A DNA stretch of 53,205 bases from Octopus sinensis (taxonomy: Eukaryota): contig NW_021831689.1 of NCBI RefSeq assembly GCF_006345805.1, positions 1 through 53,205 of the forward strand, given 5' to 3'. The position numbers were made by a program, and so were the translations under genes. The notes under the pieces were generated by a model. That model did not search any database, was not told where the DNA came from, and worked only from the letters and a program-made list of their open reading frames with translations. Shown piece after piece: positions 11,193 through 23,594 of the stretch. Position 1 is the first letter of the stretch, and the number at the start of each line of letters is the position of its first letter.

Positions 11193-11294
11193 CAAATCAG
11201 ATAACCACATTTTGGCATCTAGGCATGTTTTTAACACTCGGGAAGTGTTTGACGCATTCTTTTCAATCTTGGAAGTGCTTGAACATGCGCCCAT
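11193..11294 (-). CDS. Weak candidate coding segment MGACSSTSKIEKNASNTSRVLKTCLDAKMWLSDL
   Basis: ATG with an MGxCxS acylation-like motif and a GTATGA donor; no homology recognised. Confidence 0.25.
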
Positions 11295-11461
11295 TCCTTA
11301 ACCCATGAACTCATTAGTGATATTGTAAATCATTCCATATTCAGCTTGGAGGTCCTTCCAAATTTCTGTATAACATGTGATGTTCAATAATTTTTCTATC
11401 AAGTTATTACAATTTCTTACGTCTTCAGATTGCTCATTGTTATAGAATATTGTTTTATCTT

Positions 11462-11620
11462 TTACTTCTTTCAGTCATAAGATTACGGCCATGCTGGGGC
11501 ATCGTCTGGAAGAATTTTAGTCGGTCGAATCGACCCCTGTACTTACTATTTTAAAAAAAAAACTGACACTAATTCTACTGGTTTCTTTTGCCGAACCGCT
11601 AAGTTCCGGGGACATAAACA

Positions 11621-11668
<48 letters not shown>

Positions 11669-11915
11669 ACACACACACACACACAGAGATATGAGTGTGT
11701 GTGTGTACGTATACATATATATATATATATACAACGGGATTTTTTTCGATTTCCGTCAACTAAATCCACTCACAAGGTCGGCGCGAGGCTATAATAGTAG
11801 ATACTTGCTCAAGTATCAAGGTGTTACGCAATGGGACTGAACCTAGAACCACGTGGTTGGTAAACAAACTTCTCACCACACTGCCACGCCTGCGCCTTCA
11901 CACAGCCTCACCTGC
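11462..11915 (-). mobile_element. SINE family B composite copy with an expanded (CA)n/(TA)n middle
   Basis: Head, microsatellite and 3' module all present. Confidence 0.85.
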
Positions 11916-12556
11916 GCCCATATGCTCATAATTTCAATTTTGTTTTTGTGAATATGTCAGTGATAAACTAAGATATTACATACAACTGACGCTTCTCTAG
12001 TTCTCTAGAGGTAAACCCTTTTTAAGAACATACCAATAGAACACACAACAATGCTGCTAGTTTTTTCGAAAACCCTTTTGTTAAATCGAAAACCCTTTTG
12101 GTTAATTTGATGTCATCACCAAGTAAAAGAAAACAAAATCTTCACGCCCGACAGTCTCGTATAATAATTTTGAATTAAGTAACGCTCATTTCGTAATGAT
12201 TATTTGAATTTCGCAAACAGATATGGTCATTGTTTATATTTACGAAATCTTTTATCTCTTCTACATATGTCAAACAGAACACACATCCTGAGGTTGCTGT
12301 TTCAAGCATATTAAGATATTGTCAAACATGTCTTTTGTACAACCAGAAACTGTCCACCATGGTAAACTAACATTCTCAAACAATCTTACTTATTCTCGGG
12401 TTAAACTTCATGCAACATTACCCATACTCTCTTTCACAAATTTACTTTAGATGTAAACCACCTGCTTCATAAATAGTTTACATTGTGGAAGTATCTTCGT
12501 TAATTATTTACATTATTTACATTTAACGGATATTTGTCCTCATCTTGTTTGTTGTT

Positions 12557-12602
12557 AACACAACGTTTCGGCTGATATACCATCCAGCCTTCATCATGTG
12601 TC
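12557..12602 (-). ncRNA. Minimal hammerhead motif in a PLE-type terminal repeat, core mutated (ATGATGA)
   Basis: Near-identical to the motif at 47314-47359 but with a C3-to-A change; probably inactive. Confidence 0.6.
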
Positions 12603-12687
12603 TTGCGGAAATTTTGAACCTGTGTTCTCATTCCTAAGGTATTTTTCAATGTTGCTGTTGTTGTTGTTATTATTATTATTATTATTG

Positions 12688-13203
12688 AGTGAGAGAGCAG
12701 TTCATGCCATCAAAGTGACACTGTGGTAAAATATACGAAGCCCAATATACCCATCATGACTATCCGTCTGATAAGGGTACACCAGGCACATGCATCACAA
12801 CCATATGTGCGCGACAATGGTGATCTCATATCAAGATAAACAGCACATGATCTTGCAGGTGGGGCCCAGTTAGAATTTTCTTCAGGTTGAGTAGCCATCC
12901 CGCTCAAGGTCCCCGAATAAGGGTTGTTTAAGGATGTTGAAAGAACCACCCATGTTTCCAGAGGTGAATTATCAAACCCCAAAGAATCCCTCTCAACCAT
13001 GGCTATGATGCTCCCCCACTACTTCTGCTCGTGATCAGAGATGCACATATCGTCAGCCACGAAGGGACATGCTCAACTGGTTAAAGTCAACAACTGACAA
13101 GCAAATCTGTGGTATTGAGCAGAATATTTGTTGTAGCCCATCTTTTATACCAAGACAAAACAATGTACATGATAACACTTCCAATCAGTTAAGATCAGAA
13201 GCC

Positions 13204-13204
<1 letters not shown>
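12688..13204. repeat. Probable interspersed repeat, unclassified
   Basis: Non-coding block between (ATT)n tracts; resembles a repeat I recall as common in octopus, not verified. Confidence 0.4.
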
Positions 13205-13253
<49 letters not shown>

Positions 13254-13255
13254 TA

Positions 13256-13293
<38 letters not shown>

Positions 13294-13890
13294 GTAGTAG
13301 TAGTAGTTTAGTAGTAAATGATATTTGCCCAAGGTGCCTTACAAATGGGACGGAATCCGGAATCATATAGTTTGAACTTCTACCACGTAGCCATGTCTGT
13401 ACCCGAGAATAAAATAAAAAAAAAAGCATTTTCGGGATCGGACACGACACGTTCTTCCCAATTCAATACGGTAATGTTGTTGTCGAGTTGCGTCTTTAAC
13501 TACGAAGTTCACAGAATACGGTTTTAATTTCCTCGACTTTCAGAAAATGGCACCTTACATCTTTGATGTTTTGTTTGTCATCAAAGAAGCCGCCTAAGAC
13601 CATCTTATACAAGATTGAAGCGTTCAACCTTTCAGAAACCAATATTACGAAGGTTGATTGAGCAGGCCACATACTTAAGGCTTTAAATTATTTTAAGATC
13701 ACGTTCAGTTTATAAATTATAGAGAAGTAGGCATCACCACAGCTAATATATTGACGGTATCTCGAACGTAATTTCGCAATTACTGAATTTTTCTACGTCG
13801 GCAAATGCGCGCGCGCGCATGTGCACGTGTGCGTGTTGTGTTTGCATGCGTGCATATCCTTAAATGTATAATATACACATTTTATATGTA

Positions 13891-13949
<59 letters not shown>

Positions 13950-14144
13950 ATATGTATATATAATATGTATATATATATATATAGATATATATTATATATA
14001 TATATATATAATATATATATATAGATATTTATGTATGTATATATAAATGCGTATGTATGTATATACATATATATCTATATATGTATATGTTATTATACAT
14101 ATAAATATATATATGCATATATACATCTATATATATATATATTT

Positions 14145-14386
14145 GGGAGGCGCGTGGCTTAGTGGTTAGGGTGTCATAAAGATTGTGGTTTCATTCCTGG
14201 ATCGGGCGAAGCGGTTGTGTTCTTGAGCAAAACACCTCATTTCACGTTGCCCCAGTCCATTCAGCTGGCAAAAATGAGTAACGCTGCGATGGACTGGCGT
14301 CCCGTCCTGCTGGGGAACACATACACCATTGAAATCGAGAAACCGGGCTCATGAGCCTGGATAGTGTTTAAAAGGGCGCATTTATA
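14145..14386 (+). mobile_element. SINE family C (tRNA-derived, GATGGACTGGCGTCCCGTCC core)
   Basis: A-box-like GGCTTAGTGGTTAG; second copy at 23218-23450 on the minus strand. Confidence 0.85.
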
Positions 14387-14396
14387 TATATATATA

Positions 14397-14617
14397 TTTT
14401 GCCCAAAGGAGGCTAAACATAGAGGAGATTAACAAGGACAGACAAAGGGATTGAGTCGATAACATCGGCCCCAGTGCTTAACTGGTACTTATTTAATCGA
14501 CCCCGAAAAGGATGAAAAGCAAAGTCAACCTCGCCGGAATTTGAACTCAGAACGTAGCGGCAGATGAAATACCGCTAAGCATTTTATTCCGGCGTGCTAA
14601 CGATCCTGCCAGCTCGC
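14397..14617 (-). mobile_element. SINE family A monomer
   Basis: Family consensus match. Confidence 0.85.
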
Positions 14618-14760
14618 TTTACTCACTCACTTATATATATTATATATATAATATATATATAATATATATATATATATATTATATATATATATATAATATA
14701 TAATATATATTATATATATATATATATATATCATATATTATATATGTATATATGTATATA

Positions 14761-14851
<91 letters not shown>

Positions 14852-15161
14852 ATGCACACATGTATGTGCGTACGTGTGGTGAATGTTTCGCTAAAGTCGA
14901 AGATGCCGTAGAAGCAAAACTTTATGATCGTATAGTTTAATCAGAGACAATATCTAACGCCCATCACCTCTTTCAGAATCACCGAGAACTGAGAAAGGAA
15001 ATTATTCTCAGACGAGAGATCTGGCTCGAATTCTCACAACAGAGCGGATTCCGTTAAGGCAATCAAGGACCAAATGGTAGTGCAGAAACAAACGGATTAA
15101 GTCCACCATTCAATACTGCTCTTTCGACGAGCTTCCACACGCGGCCGAATGATTTCATTCT

Positions 15162-15577
15162 GGCGGTGAGCTGGCAGAAACGTTAGCACGCTCGGCGAAA
15201 TGCATAGCCGTATTTCGTCTGCCGCTACGTTCTGAGTTCAAATTCCGCCGAGGTCGACTTTGCCTTTCATCCTTTCGGGGTCGATAAATTAAGTAGCAGT
15301 TACGCACTGGGGTCGATGTAGTCGACTTAATCCGTTTGTCTGTCTTTGTTTGTCCTCCCTGTGTTTAGCCCCTTGTGGGTAGTAAAGAAATAGGTATTTC
15401 GTCTGCCGTTACGTTCTGAGTAAATTCCGCCCGCCGAGTCGACTTTGCCTTTCATCCTTTCGGGGTCGATAAATAAATACCAGTTACGCACTCGGGTCGA
15501 AGTAATCGACTTAATCCGTTTGTCTGTCCTTGTTTGTCCTCTCTGTGCTTAGCCCCTTGTGGGCAATAAAGAAATAG
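15162..15577 (+). mobile_element. SINE family A dimer
   Basis: Junction GTAGTAAAGAAATAGGTATTTCGTCTGCC near 15380-15408. Confidence 0.9.
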
Positions 15578-15812
15578 ATACAGAATAAGGTGCTGCACTT
15601 TGAGAGTGAACCCGAACCATTTATGTGCGAAACAAATCACCTAGCCGCACAGCTCATATCTGCCATATCTGCATTCATATGTTGTTTCATTCAAGTGTCA
15701 AAAATCGACCAGTATTTGTAGTTGCTTCCTTTTTCTCTTGCCGTATATATATATGATTCTCTTTAGTCTGTAATACTCCATGCATTAAATTGGATGACAC
15801 CTCTTTACTTAC

Positions 15813-15850
15813 TGTTGTCTGAGTAGTTCGCCATAAGAAACTGAGACAAA
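15813..15850 (-). other. Candidate micro-exon (38 bp, or 28 bp with the downstream AG)
   Basis: Strong T-rich acceptor ...CCACCTTGTAG and GTAAGT donor; reading frame uncertain. Confidence 0.35.
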
Positions 15851-16139
15851 CTACAAGGTGGACAAAAAAAAAAAATTAATTTAAAAGCTGTCAGATGCTA
15901 CTACTTTAAGTCCGTCATAATTGCTTCAACGCCAGGCAACAGATCAATGTAGAGACACTAGAGAAACAAATATGCAGAGATTACAAATTGAACAGAACAG
16001 CGAATTGCTCAACCACGCGGACTATATTGAAATACATAGCAACAGAACATATTGGCTAATTAACCTAGAAATTGATGCTGCAAAGTGAGTGTTACAATTT
16101 CTTCACTGGCACATAAGCAGGAGAGGTAATGATGGCGAC

Positions 16140-16225
16140 GTTGATGACTGACGACGACGACGACGATGATGATAATAATAATAATAATAATAATAAGGAT
16201 GATGATGATGATGATGATAATAATA

Positions 16226-16266
<41 letters not shown>

Positions 16267-16390
16267 TATATAATAATATAAAACAACAACAATAATAATA
16301 ATAACCAATAATAATAATAATATAACAACAATAATGACAATAATAATAATATAATAATAATAACAACAATAATAACAATATAATAATAAT

Positions 16391-16433
<43 letters not shown>

Positions 16434-16491
16434 TAATAATAATGATGATGATGATGATGATGATATAATAATAATAATGATAATGATAATC

Positions 16492-16524
<33 letters not shown>

Positions 16525-16564
16525 TGATGATGATGATGATAATAATAATAATAATATGATAATG

Positions 16565-16618
<54 letters not shown>

Positions 16619-16650
16619 TTAATATAATTAATAACAACCCAAACAACAAC
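16140..16650. repeat. Compound (GAC/GAT/AAT/AAC)n microsatellite
   Basis: Seen directly. Confidence 0.95.
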
Positions 16651-19330
16651 AAGAGCACTCAGAGAGCGCAAACCTCCGCCAGGGAAACACCAACGTCCTT
16701 TCAACGGTTAGCCAGAAATAACTTTTAAAATGAGAATCTCCTAATGTAATAATGAGCGTAGTGTTTTTATATATTTGTATATCTATATATATAAAACTGT
16801 AGTTGTGTGAGTGTCTGTCCCCTTCGATTTAGATTCCTAACTACTCCCACATTTTGCGGTGCAGTTTAACCAAATTCGGGTATCTTATAGTCGTGATTCA
16901 TATCGAGCCCGTCTGAGTATTAGCGCGCATCTACGATGAGTCTACGATTTTAAAAATAATTTAACATCATTTTTTATTCCATTTTAATGCATAATTTTTC
17001 GTGTGTCGATGGCGGCGGAGTTGGCGTCCATGGTCACACCTGCACCTGTTTGCTTCTCACCCTTCTTCCCTCCCTCGTGAAGCTGTGGGGAAGGGAGTGT
17101 AAGAATATCAACGTCGTAAAGCGTTGTCAAGGAAACCAGCGTTCTTTTAGAACAACGACTTCATGGCTTGAAGACACCAAAACAGAAATGGCTAAGAAAG
17201 CCCGAATTGGCATCTATAAGGGAAGTAACTCTCTGAAAATGCTTATATAGTTATTTCCCTTACAAACCCAGCAACGCCGGGCGATACTGCTAGTCTATAT
17301 AATAAAACTCTAGTTGTGTGAGTGTCTGTTCCTTTTCGATTTAGATTCCTACTCCCTCTCACATTTTGCGGTGCAGTTTAACCAATTCGTATCTTATAGT
17401 CGTGATTCATATCGAGCCCGTCTGACTATTAGCGCGCGTCAACGATGAGTCACGATTTAAAAAATAATTAACACATCATTTTTTATTCCATTTTAATGCA
17501 TAAAATGCATCGTATGTCGATGGCGGCGGAGTTGGGGTCCACGCTCACAGCTGCACCTGTTTCTTCTCCCCCCTTCCCTCCCTCGTGAAGCTGTGGGGAA
17601 GGGAGTGTAAAGAAATCAACGTCGTAATGCGTTGTGAAGGAAACCAGCGTTCTTTTAGAACAACACGACTTCATGGCTTGAAGACACCAAAACAAAAATG
17701 GCTAAGAAAGCCCGAATTTATAAGGGAAGTAACTCTCTAAAAATGCTTATATAGTTATTTACCTTACAAACCCGAGCAACGCCGGGCGAATTCTGCTAGT
17801 ATATATCTATATATATAAAACTGTAGTTGTGTGCGTGTCTGTCCCCTTCGATTTAGATTCTAACTACTCCCACATTTTGCGGTGCAGTTTAACCAAATTC
17901 GGGTATCTTATGTTTCGTGATTCATATCGAGCCCGTCTGAGTATTAGCGCGCGTCCTACGATGAGTCTACGATTTTAAAAATAATTTAACACATCATTTT
18001 TTATTCCATTTTAATGCATAATTTTTCGTGTGTCGATGGCGGCGGAGTTGGCGTCCACGGTCACACCTGCACCTGTTTGCTTGTCCCCCTTCTTCCCTCC
18101 CTCGTGAAGCTGTGGGGAAGGGAGTGTAAGGAAATCAACGGCGTAAAGCGTTGTCAAGGAGACCAGCGTTCTTTTAGAACGACTTCATGGCTTGAAGACA
18201 CCAAAACAGAAATGGCTAAGAAAGCCTGAATTGGCATCTATAAGGGAAGTAACTCTCTAAAAATGCTTATATAGTTATTCCCTTACAAACCCGAGCAACG
18301 CCGGCGATACTGCTAGTATATATATAAAACTGTAGTTGTGTGAGTGTCTGTCCTCTCGATTTAGATTCCTAACTACTCCCCATTTTGCGGTGCAGCTTAA
18401 CCAATTCGGGTATCTTATAGTCGTGATTCATATCGAGCCCGTCTGGGTATTAGCGCGCGTCTACGATGAGTCTACGATTTTAAAAATAATTTAACATCAT
18501 TTTTTATTCCATTTTAATGCATAATTGTTCGTGTGTCGATGCGGCGGAGTTGGCGTCCATGGTCACACCTGCACCTGTTTGCTTCTCCCCCCTTTCTTCC
18601 CTCCCTCGTGAAGCTGTGGGGAAGGGAGTGTAAAGAAATCAACGTCGTAATGCGTGTCAAGGAGACCAGCGTTCTTTTAGAACAACGACTTCATGGCTTG
18701 AAGACACCAAAACAGAAATGGCTAAGAAAGCGTCTACATGAGTCTACGATTTTAAAAAAAAAATTACCGTCATTTTTTCCATTTTATGCATTTTTTTTTC
18801 GCTATTATATAAGGGAAGTAACTCTCTAAAAATGTCTACGATGAGTCAACGATTTAAAAAAAAAATTACCATAATTTTTTATTCCATTTTAATGCATTTT
18901 TTTGCTATTTTTTTGCTATAAACTCTCTAAAAATGCTTATATAGTTATTTCCCTTACAAACCCGAGCAACGCCGGGCGATACTGCTAGTTTATATATAAA
19001 ATACTACACTAAGCCGTCATTACTGACGGCACGTGGTCAGCTAGTATCTGAAATAAACTCGACTGCTCTCACAAACGAGAATACTAAAAATGAACCCGAT
19101 CGCTCTCAAAAATTAAGTAAAAAAATCGGGAAAAATAATCCAGGATCCTTGTCGGGTACCGGATCGATCCCAAACTCTAATCAGTTCGTGCCAGCCACGA
19201 GGCCAAACATCCCTGAAAATTTCATCCGAATCGGTCCAGCAGTTCTTGAGATATCTTGTCCACTGACAGACAAACAAACAAACACAACTGAAAAACAATA
19301 CATCCGTCTTCACTAAGGCGCAGGTTATAA
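16651..19330 (-). mobile_element. Helentron/DINE-like non-autonomous element hosting the Helitron array
   Basis: 5' end TTATAACCTGCGCC...GTTTGTTTGTCTGTC...GATATCTCAAGAACTGCTGGACCGATTCGGATGAAATTTT; 3' end GGCGGAGGTTTGCGCTCTCTGAGTGCTCTT. Subterminal inverted repeats AACCT(G/C)CGCC / GGCGGAGGTT. Confidence 0.65.
16782..18988 (+). mobile_element. Head-to-tail array of 4 non-autonomous Helitron units (16782-17293, 17294-17799, 17806-18316, 18317-18988)
   Basis: Each unit starts (TC)TATAT(A)..ATAAAACT and ends with a CCC(GA)GCAACGCCGGG hairpin then TGCTAG. The first junction is a direct CTAG|TC. Unit 4 lacks the TC and has internal duplications. Confidence 0.92.
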
Positions 19331-19510
19331 TAATGGTTTCAAATTTTCCCACAAGGGCAGCTATTGATGAGTGCAGCAAGAGCAATATTAACAGTAAAAA
19401 TGTAGATTATCGCTTCCGGTCACCATATTTCTCCAGCGACAGCCTCTCTGACATTCTGAGTCTGTTGGGTTTCGGTTACTTTTCGTAAGTGCAGGACATG
19501 AAGTAGCATC

Positions 19511-19940
19511 GGATCTTTTCGGTTTGATCGGCAGTTTTTAAAAATAATTTCCACGTAACTAAACACTTTTAAACTTCGTATACTGGTAGAATGTGTTTAT
19601 AAAACATCTTTTTCTCTTGGCTTTATTGAGAAAATTCTATAGTTTGTAAGATATTTGTTGTTTTTTTTCTTCAATTTCTGCAATTTCAACCAATCACTGA
19701 CGTTTATTGAGGTGAAAACATTCTGTGCCGTATGAATATGTCCCTCGTTTAAGAAACAGATTGGGTTTATTTACATTTCTGAAGAAAAAAAAACATACCC
19801 TTCCCCCATCCCTAACCCTAACTCTAACCCTAACCCTAAAACAGATTGAAATGCAATAGATCGATACTAGGGTTATAATTATGGGTAACAATTTCATATG
19901 ACACCGCTAGAAAAAACTGCCGTTCAAACCGAAAAGATCC
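19511..19940 (-). mobile_element. Telomere-repeat MITE, copy 2
   Basis: TIRs, TSD GTAGCATC, (CCCTAA)n near 19810-19838. Confidence 0.92.
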
Positions 19941-20411
19941 GTAGCATCAAATTTTATCTAGAGATTGTTGAAATATGAGCAAGAGGCTGAAGTAACTTCA
20001 ATTTCAGTTTGTAGACAGGTGTTCCAAGAAACCCACTTTTAAAGACCAACATAGATTAAAGGAGTTTATGAGCAGCAAACAAAGACGTATAATAAACTGC
20101 ATTACAATACCCAATTCAGTTACCCATTTAAAATAATTTCTTATATGTTTGTGTAGTCATAAAAATAGCTTGAGTAAACAACGAATCGTTACAAAAGACA
20201 GAAGGTAGCGACACAGAAGACAGCTGGAAGAATAAATTAAAGTATACACCAGATATTCCGGCGTAAGGCGACAAATGAATAATCCACGTGGTAGATATAA
20301 CCCTTGCAGAAAAATCGACAAAAATCCGCTGGTAGGATGATAAATACAATATGAACAGCAATGGAATACAATGTATATATATAGATACACACACACACAC
20401 ACGTGTGCGTG

Positions 20412-20442
<31 letters not shown>

Positions 20443-20443
20443 G

Positions 20444-20670
20444 TTTCTTTATTACCCACAAGGGGCTAAATATAGAGGGGACAAACAAGGACAGACAAAC
20501 AACGGATTAAGTCGATTACATCGACCCCAGTGCGTAACTGGTACTTAATTTATCAACCCCGAAAGGATGAAAGGCAAAGTCGACCTCGGCGGAATTTGAA
20601 CTCAGAACGCAGCGACGGGCGAAATACTGCGAAGCACTTCGCCCGGCGTGCTGACGTCTCTGCCAGCTCA
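20444..20670 (-). mobile_element. SINE family A monomer
   Basis: Family match; its head abuts the mariner insertion. Confidence 0.85.
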
Positions 20671-20674
20671 TATA

Positions 20675-21027
20675 CTGGGTCATCCCATAAATAATGCGTT
20701 TTTTTTTCAATAAAAGTCGGAGGAGGACGGGATAAACTACCTGCATCAACTTGCTATAAAACCAGGTAGTAATATTACCTAACACTTATTCTTAGTGTAA
20801 GTTTTGAAGAGTGCAGTACGATCTTAATAGTTATTTTTTTCAAAGCTACAATGGAAGTGACAAAGGAGCATATTCGGCATATTTTGCTTTATGAGTTTAA
20901 TAAAGATAACAATGCAACGAGAAGTGCAAGGAATATTAATGCAGTATATGGGGATCGGACAATAAGTGTAAGCCAGTGTCAACGGTGGTTCCAGAAATTC
21001 CGAGCCGGAAACTACAGCCTAGAATAA
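20675..21027 (+). mobile_element. mariner 5' fragment (TIR plus transposase N-terminus, 20851-21027)
   Basis: TA precedes the putative TIR; MEVTKEHIRHILLYEFNKDNNATRSARNINAVYGDRTISVSQCQRWFQKFRAGNYSLE* is a mariner HTH region. Confidence 0.9.
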
Positions 21028-21073
21028 TAAATTACAGCTTTAACAATAATAAAGTGTGTGTGTGTGTGTGTGT

Positions 21074-21116
<43 letters not shown>

Positions 21117-21234
21117 ACGCGCACGCGCGCGTGTGCATAGATATTAGATATTAAAACGTTTTACACCTCGTAGCTTACTGGTAAAGCACGGCCACTTTCA
21201 GTGTTTGTTATGTATATGGTAAATATATACTAAT

Positions 21235-21248
21235 ATCTATCTATCTGC

Positions 21249-21334
<86 letters not shown>

Positions 21335-21347
21335 GTCTACCTGTCTG

Positions 21348-21414
<67 letters not shown>

Positions 21415-21415
21415 G
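21235..21415. repeat. (TCTA)n microsatellite
   Basis: Seen directly. Confidence 0.95.
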
Positions 21416-21469
21416 TGCTTTCGATGATGAACGCAATGATATCTGCGAACTGGGAGGCGTGTTATAGTA

Positions 21470-21910
21470 GCCCAGGCTATGTGTCTAGGTAATGTCTCTG
21501 ATGAGCATTACTAGACAAACGGTGAAGGGCTTTGGAGAGTTGATAACTCCTTCTTTGACACTCTTCTCACCTAGAATTCTTACAGGTGGCAATAGTAGAA
21601 ATAAATCGGTGGTGCATCCGCAGTTTGTATTCCGGAACAGCTGGGTGTATTAGGTTTCGATTCCTTGAATCTCCAGAGATTTCAACACTGAGTTCATTTC
21701 AAAGTCATCGAAGTCGACGAAATTGATGCACAGGAGCATCTTGTATTCTTTCCCTCGTTTTATATGCTGTGTTAGAGTGTCTATGTGATCTATCGTTCTG
21801 TAGTTCTTGCGGAATCTTTCATGCCGTCTCTACTATTGGTCACCAAGGTATTTAGATAGTCTGCAGACTGTAATCTTTGTAAACAGCATGTAGAGAAGAC
21901 GTAGGAAGCT
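21470..21910 (-). pseudogene. Decayed RTE-like reverse transcriptase fragment
   Basis: Frameshifted residues matching REY..LCINFVDF..NSVLKSLEIQGI...CTT...SPKPFTVCL. Confidence 0.65.
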
Positions 21911-22517
21911 AGTTATAAATATTGAAGATATATAAATTTCTATAAACATATGTATGTGTATAGGTATATATGTATGCGTATATGTTTTTTAAAATATATG
22001 TATGTATTTATATTTATATATGTATTAATATATATATATATATTTATATATACATACATACAGACATGCATACATACATACATACATACATACATACATA
22101 CATACATACATACATACATACATACAAGCTTTAAGCAATAGATTGACACGGTGTAACAAATGAGAAAGACTTTTCTGAAATCCACGCTTTTGTAAAGAAT
22201 CCACATAAATTCTTCTATATGACTATATGAGCTAACAAGACAGAAATTGTTAAGTTGATATGATACCCAGCAAAGAAACCCCAGAAACGTTATGGAAACA
22301 GAAATCTAAGTATGACGTGAAACAATATCCAGTCAGAGGAATACGAGGCAACACCAGAACCTGAAATATTATCTCGTCAAAACATTAGAATGTTTCGTTT
22401 AAGGCTTGCTTACGCAACATCAAGAACAAGCTTTGATAACATTCAAAAGGTTTTTGGTGGTTGTCGTTTAACATACTACGTGAACCACCAAATATCAACG
22501 ATTTTAAATACTTTCTT

Positions 22518-22909
22518 GTGAATAAACTGTCGTCTAAATCACGCAAAAATTAGAATAATACTGACGTCTCATTTTAACAGATATATTTACCAAAATTACA
22601 TAAAAATATCTTGAAATATTATAGAGTAAATTTATTCAATAGAATTGCCATTGGCTTCGACCACGGTCTCCAGACGACTTTGGAATTTCCTGCAACTCTT
22701 CTGGACGGTCTCATTGTTTAAGTTGGTGACTGCTTCCACAATCCTTGCCTGCTGTTCATCTTCATCTTTGGTGTTAGAATGAGATTTGTAAGTCTCTCGC
22801 TCAGCTGCACCCCACACATAATAATCAAGGGGGTTGTAGTCTGAGTAGTTAAGTGGCTAGATGTTAGGGGTGATGTAGTCGCAGAAATTGTCTGACAGCA
22901 ATCACTGAA
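22518..22909 (-). mobile_element. Tc1/mariner transposase C-terminus and 3' end
   Basis: NPLDYYVWGAAERET...QARIVEAVTNLNNETVQKSCRKFQSRLETVVEANGNSIE*. Confidence 0.85.
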
Positions 22910-22911
22910 TT

Positions 22912-23180
22912 AAGGCAGCGAGCTGGCAGAAACGTTAGCACGCCGGGCGAAATGCTTAGTACTATTTCGTGTGCCGTTACGTTCTGAGTTCAAATTCTGC
23001 CGAGGTCGACTTTGCTTTTCGTATGTTGTTGCGTTCAAATTCCTCCGAGTTCGATTTTGCCATACATCCTTTCGGGGGTATGGGTGGGTCGATAAAATAA
23101 GTACCAGTTGAATACTGGGGGGTCCGATGTAGTCAACTTATTCCTACTCCCCCCGAAACCTTGTGTCAAAATCTGAAACC
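22912..23180 (+). mobile_element. SINE family A-related copy with internal duplication
   Basis: Family match. Confidence 0.75.
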
Positions 23181-23217
23181 ATTATTATTGTTGTTGTTGT
23201 TGTTATAATAATAAATA

Positions 23218-23450
23218 AATGCGCCATTTTAAAGCCTAGCCAGGCTCATGGGCCCGGTTTCCCGGTTTCAATGGCGTATGTGTTCCCCAGCTGGACGGGA
23301 CGCCAGTCCATCGCAGAGTTACTCATTTTTGCCAGCTGAGTGGACTGAAGCAACGTGAAATGAAGTGTTTTGCGTTGCCCGGTCCATGAATCGAAACCAC
23401 AATCTTACGATCATGATGCTGACACCCTAACAACTAAGCCACGCGCCTCC
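23218..23450 (-). mobile_element. SINE family C
   Basis: Reverse-complement match to 14145-14386. Confidence 0.85.
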
Positions 23451-23480
23451 ATTGTTGTTGTTTTAGATATTAAATATTAC

Positions 23481-23594
23481 ATGCAGATTGCACTTTTCCG
23501 CAGGCCGACTATGCGAGGTTCAAATCTAATGTCTTCCGGTCTCTTAAGTAGTAGTCTGGTTGTTGTGCCAAGTGCACCAATTCCACTCCGATTA
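23481..23594 (-). CDS. Candidate FN3-domain exon (phase 2-2, 114 bp)
   Basis: Long T-rich acceptor ...TTTTCTAAAG, donor GTAATA, open frame NRSGIGALGTTTRLLLKRPEDIRFEPRIVGLRKSAIC. Joins in phase with the 38506-38595 exon. Confidence 0.5.

Noticed and set aside
15960-16090. Plus-strand open frame MQRLQIEQNSELL...DAAK ending at GTGAGT
   Set aside because: Short, two frames are open, no recognisable homology and no partner exon.
20128-20488. Three overlapping minus-strand ORFs
   Set aside because: They start in a microsatellite and have no recognisable domain or convincing donor.
21495-21530. CTGATGA motif
   Set aside because: Lies in antisense RT-derived sequence and lacks stems and GAAA.
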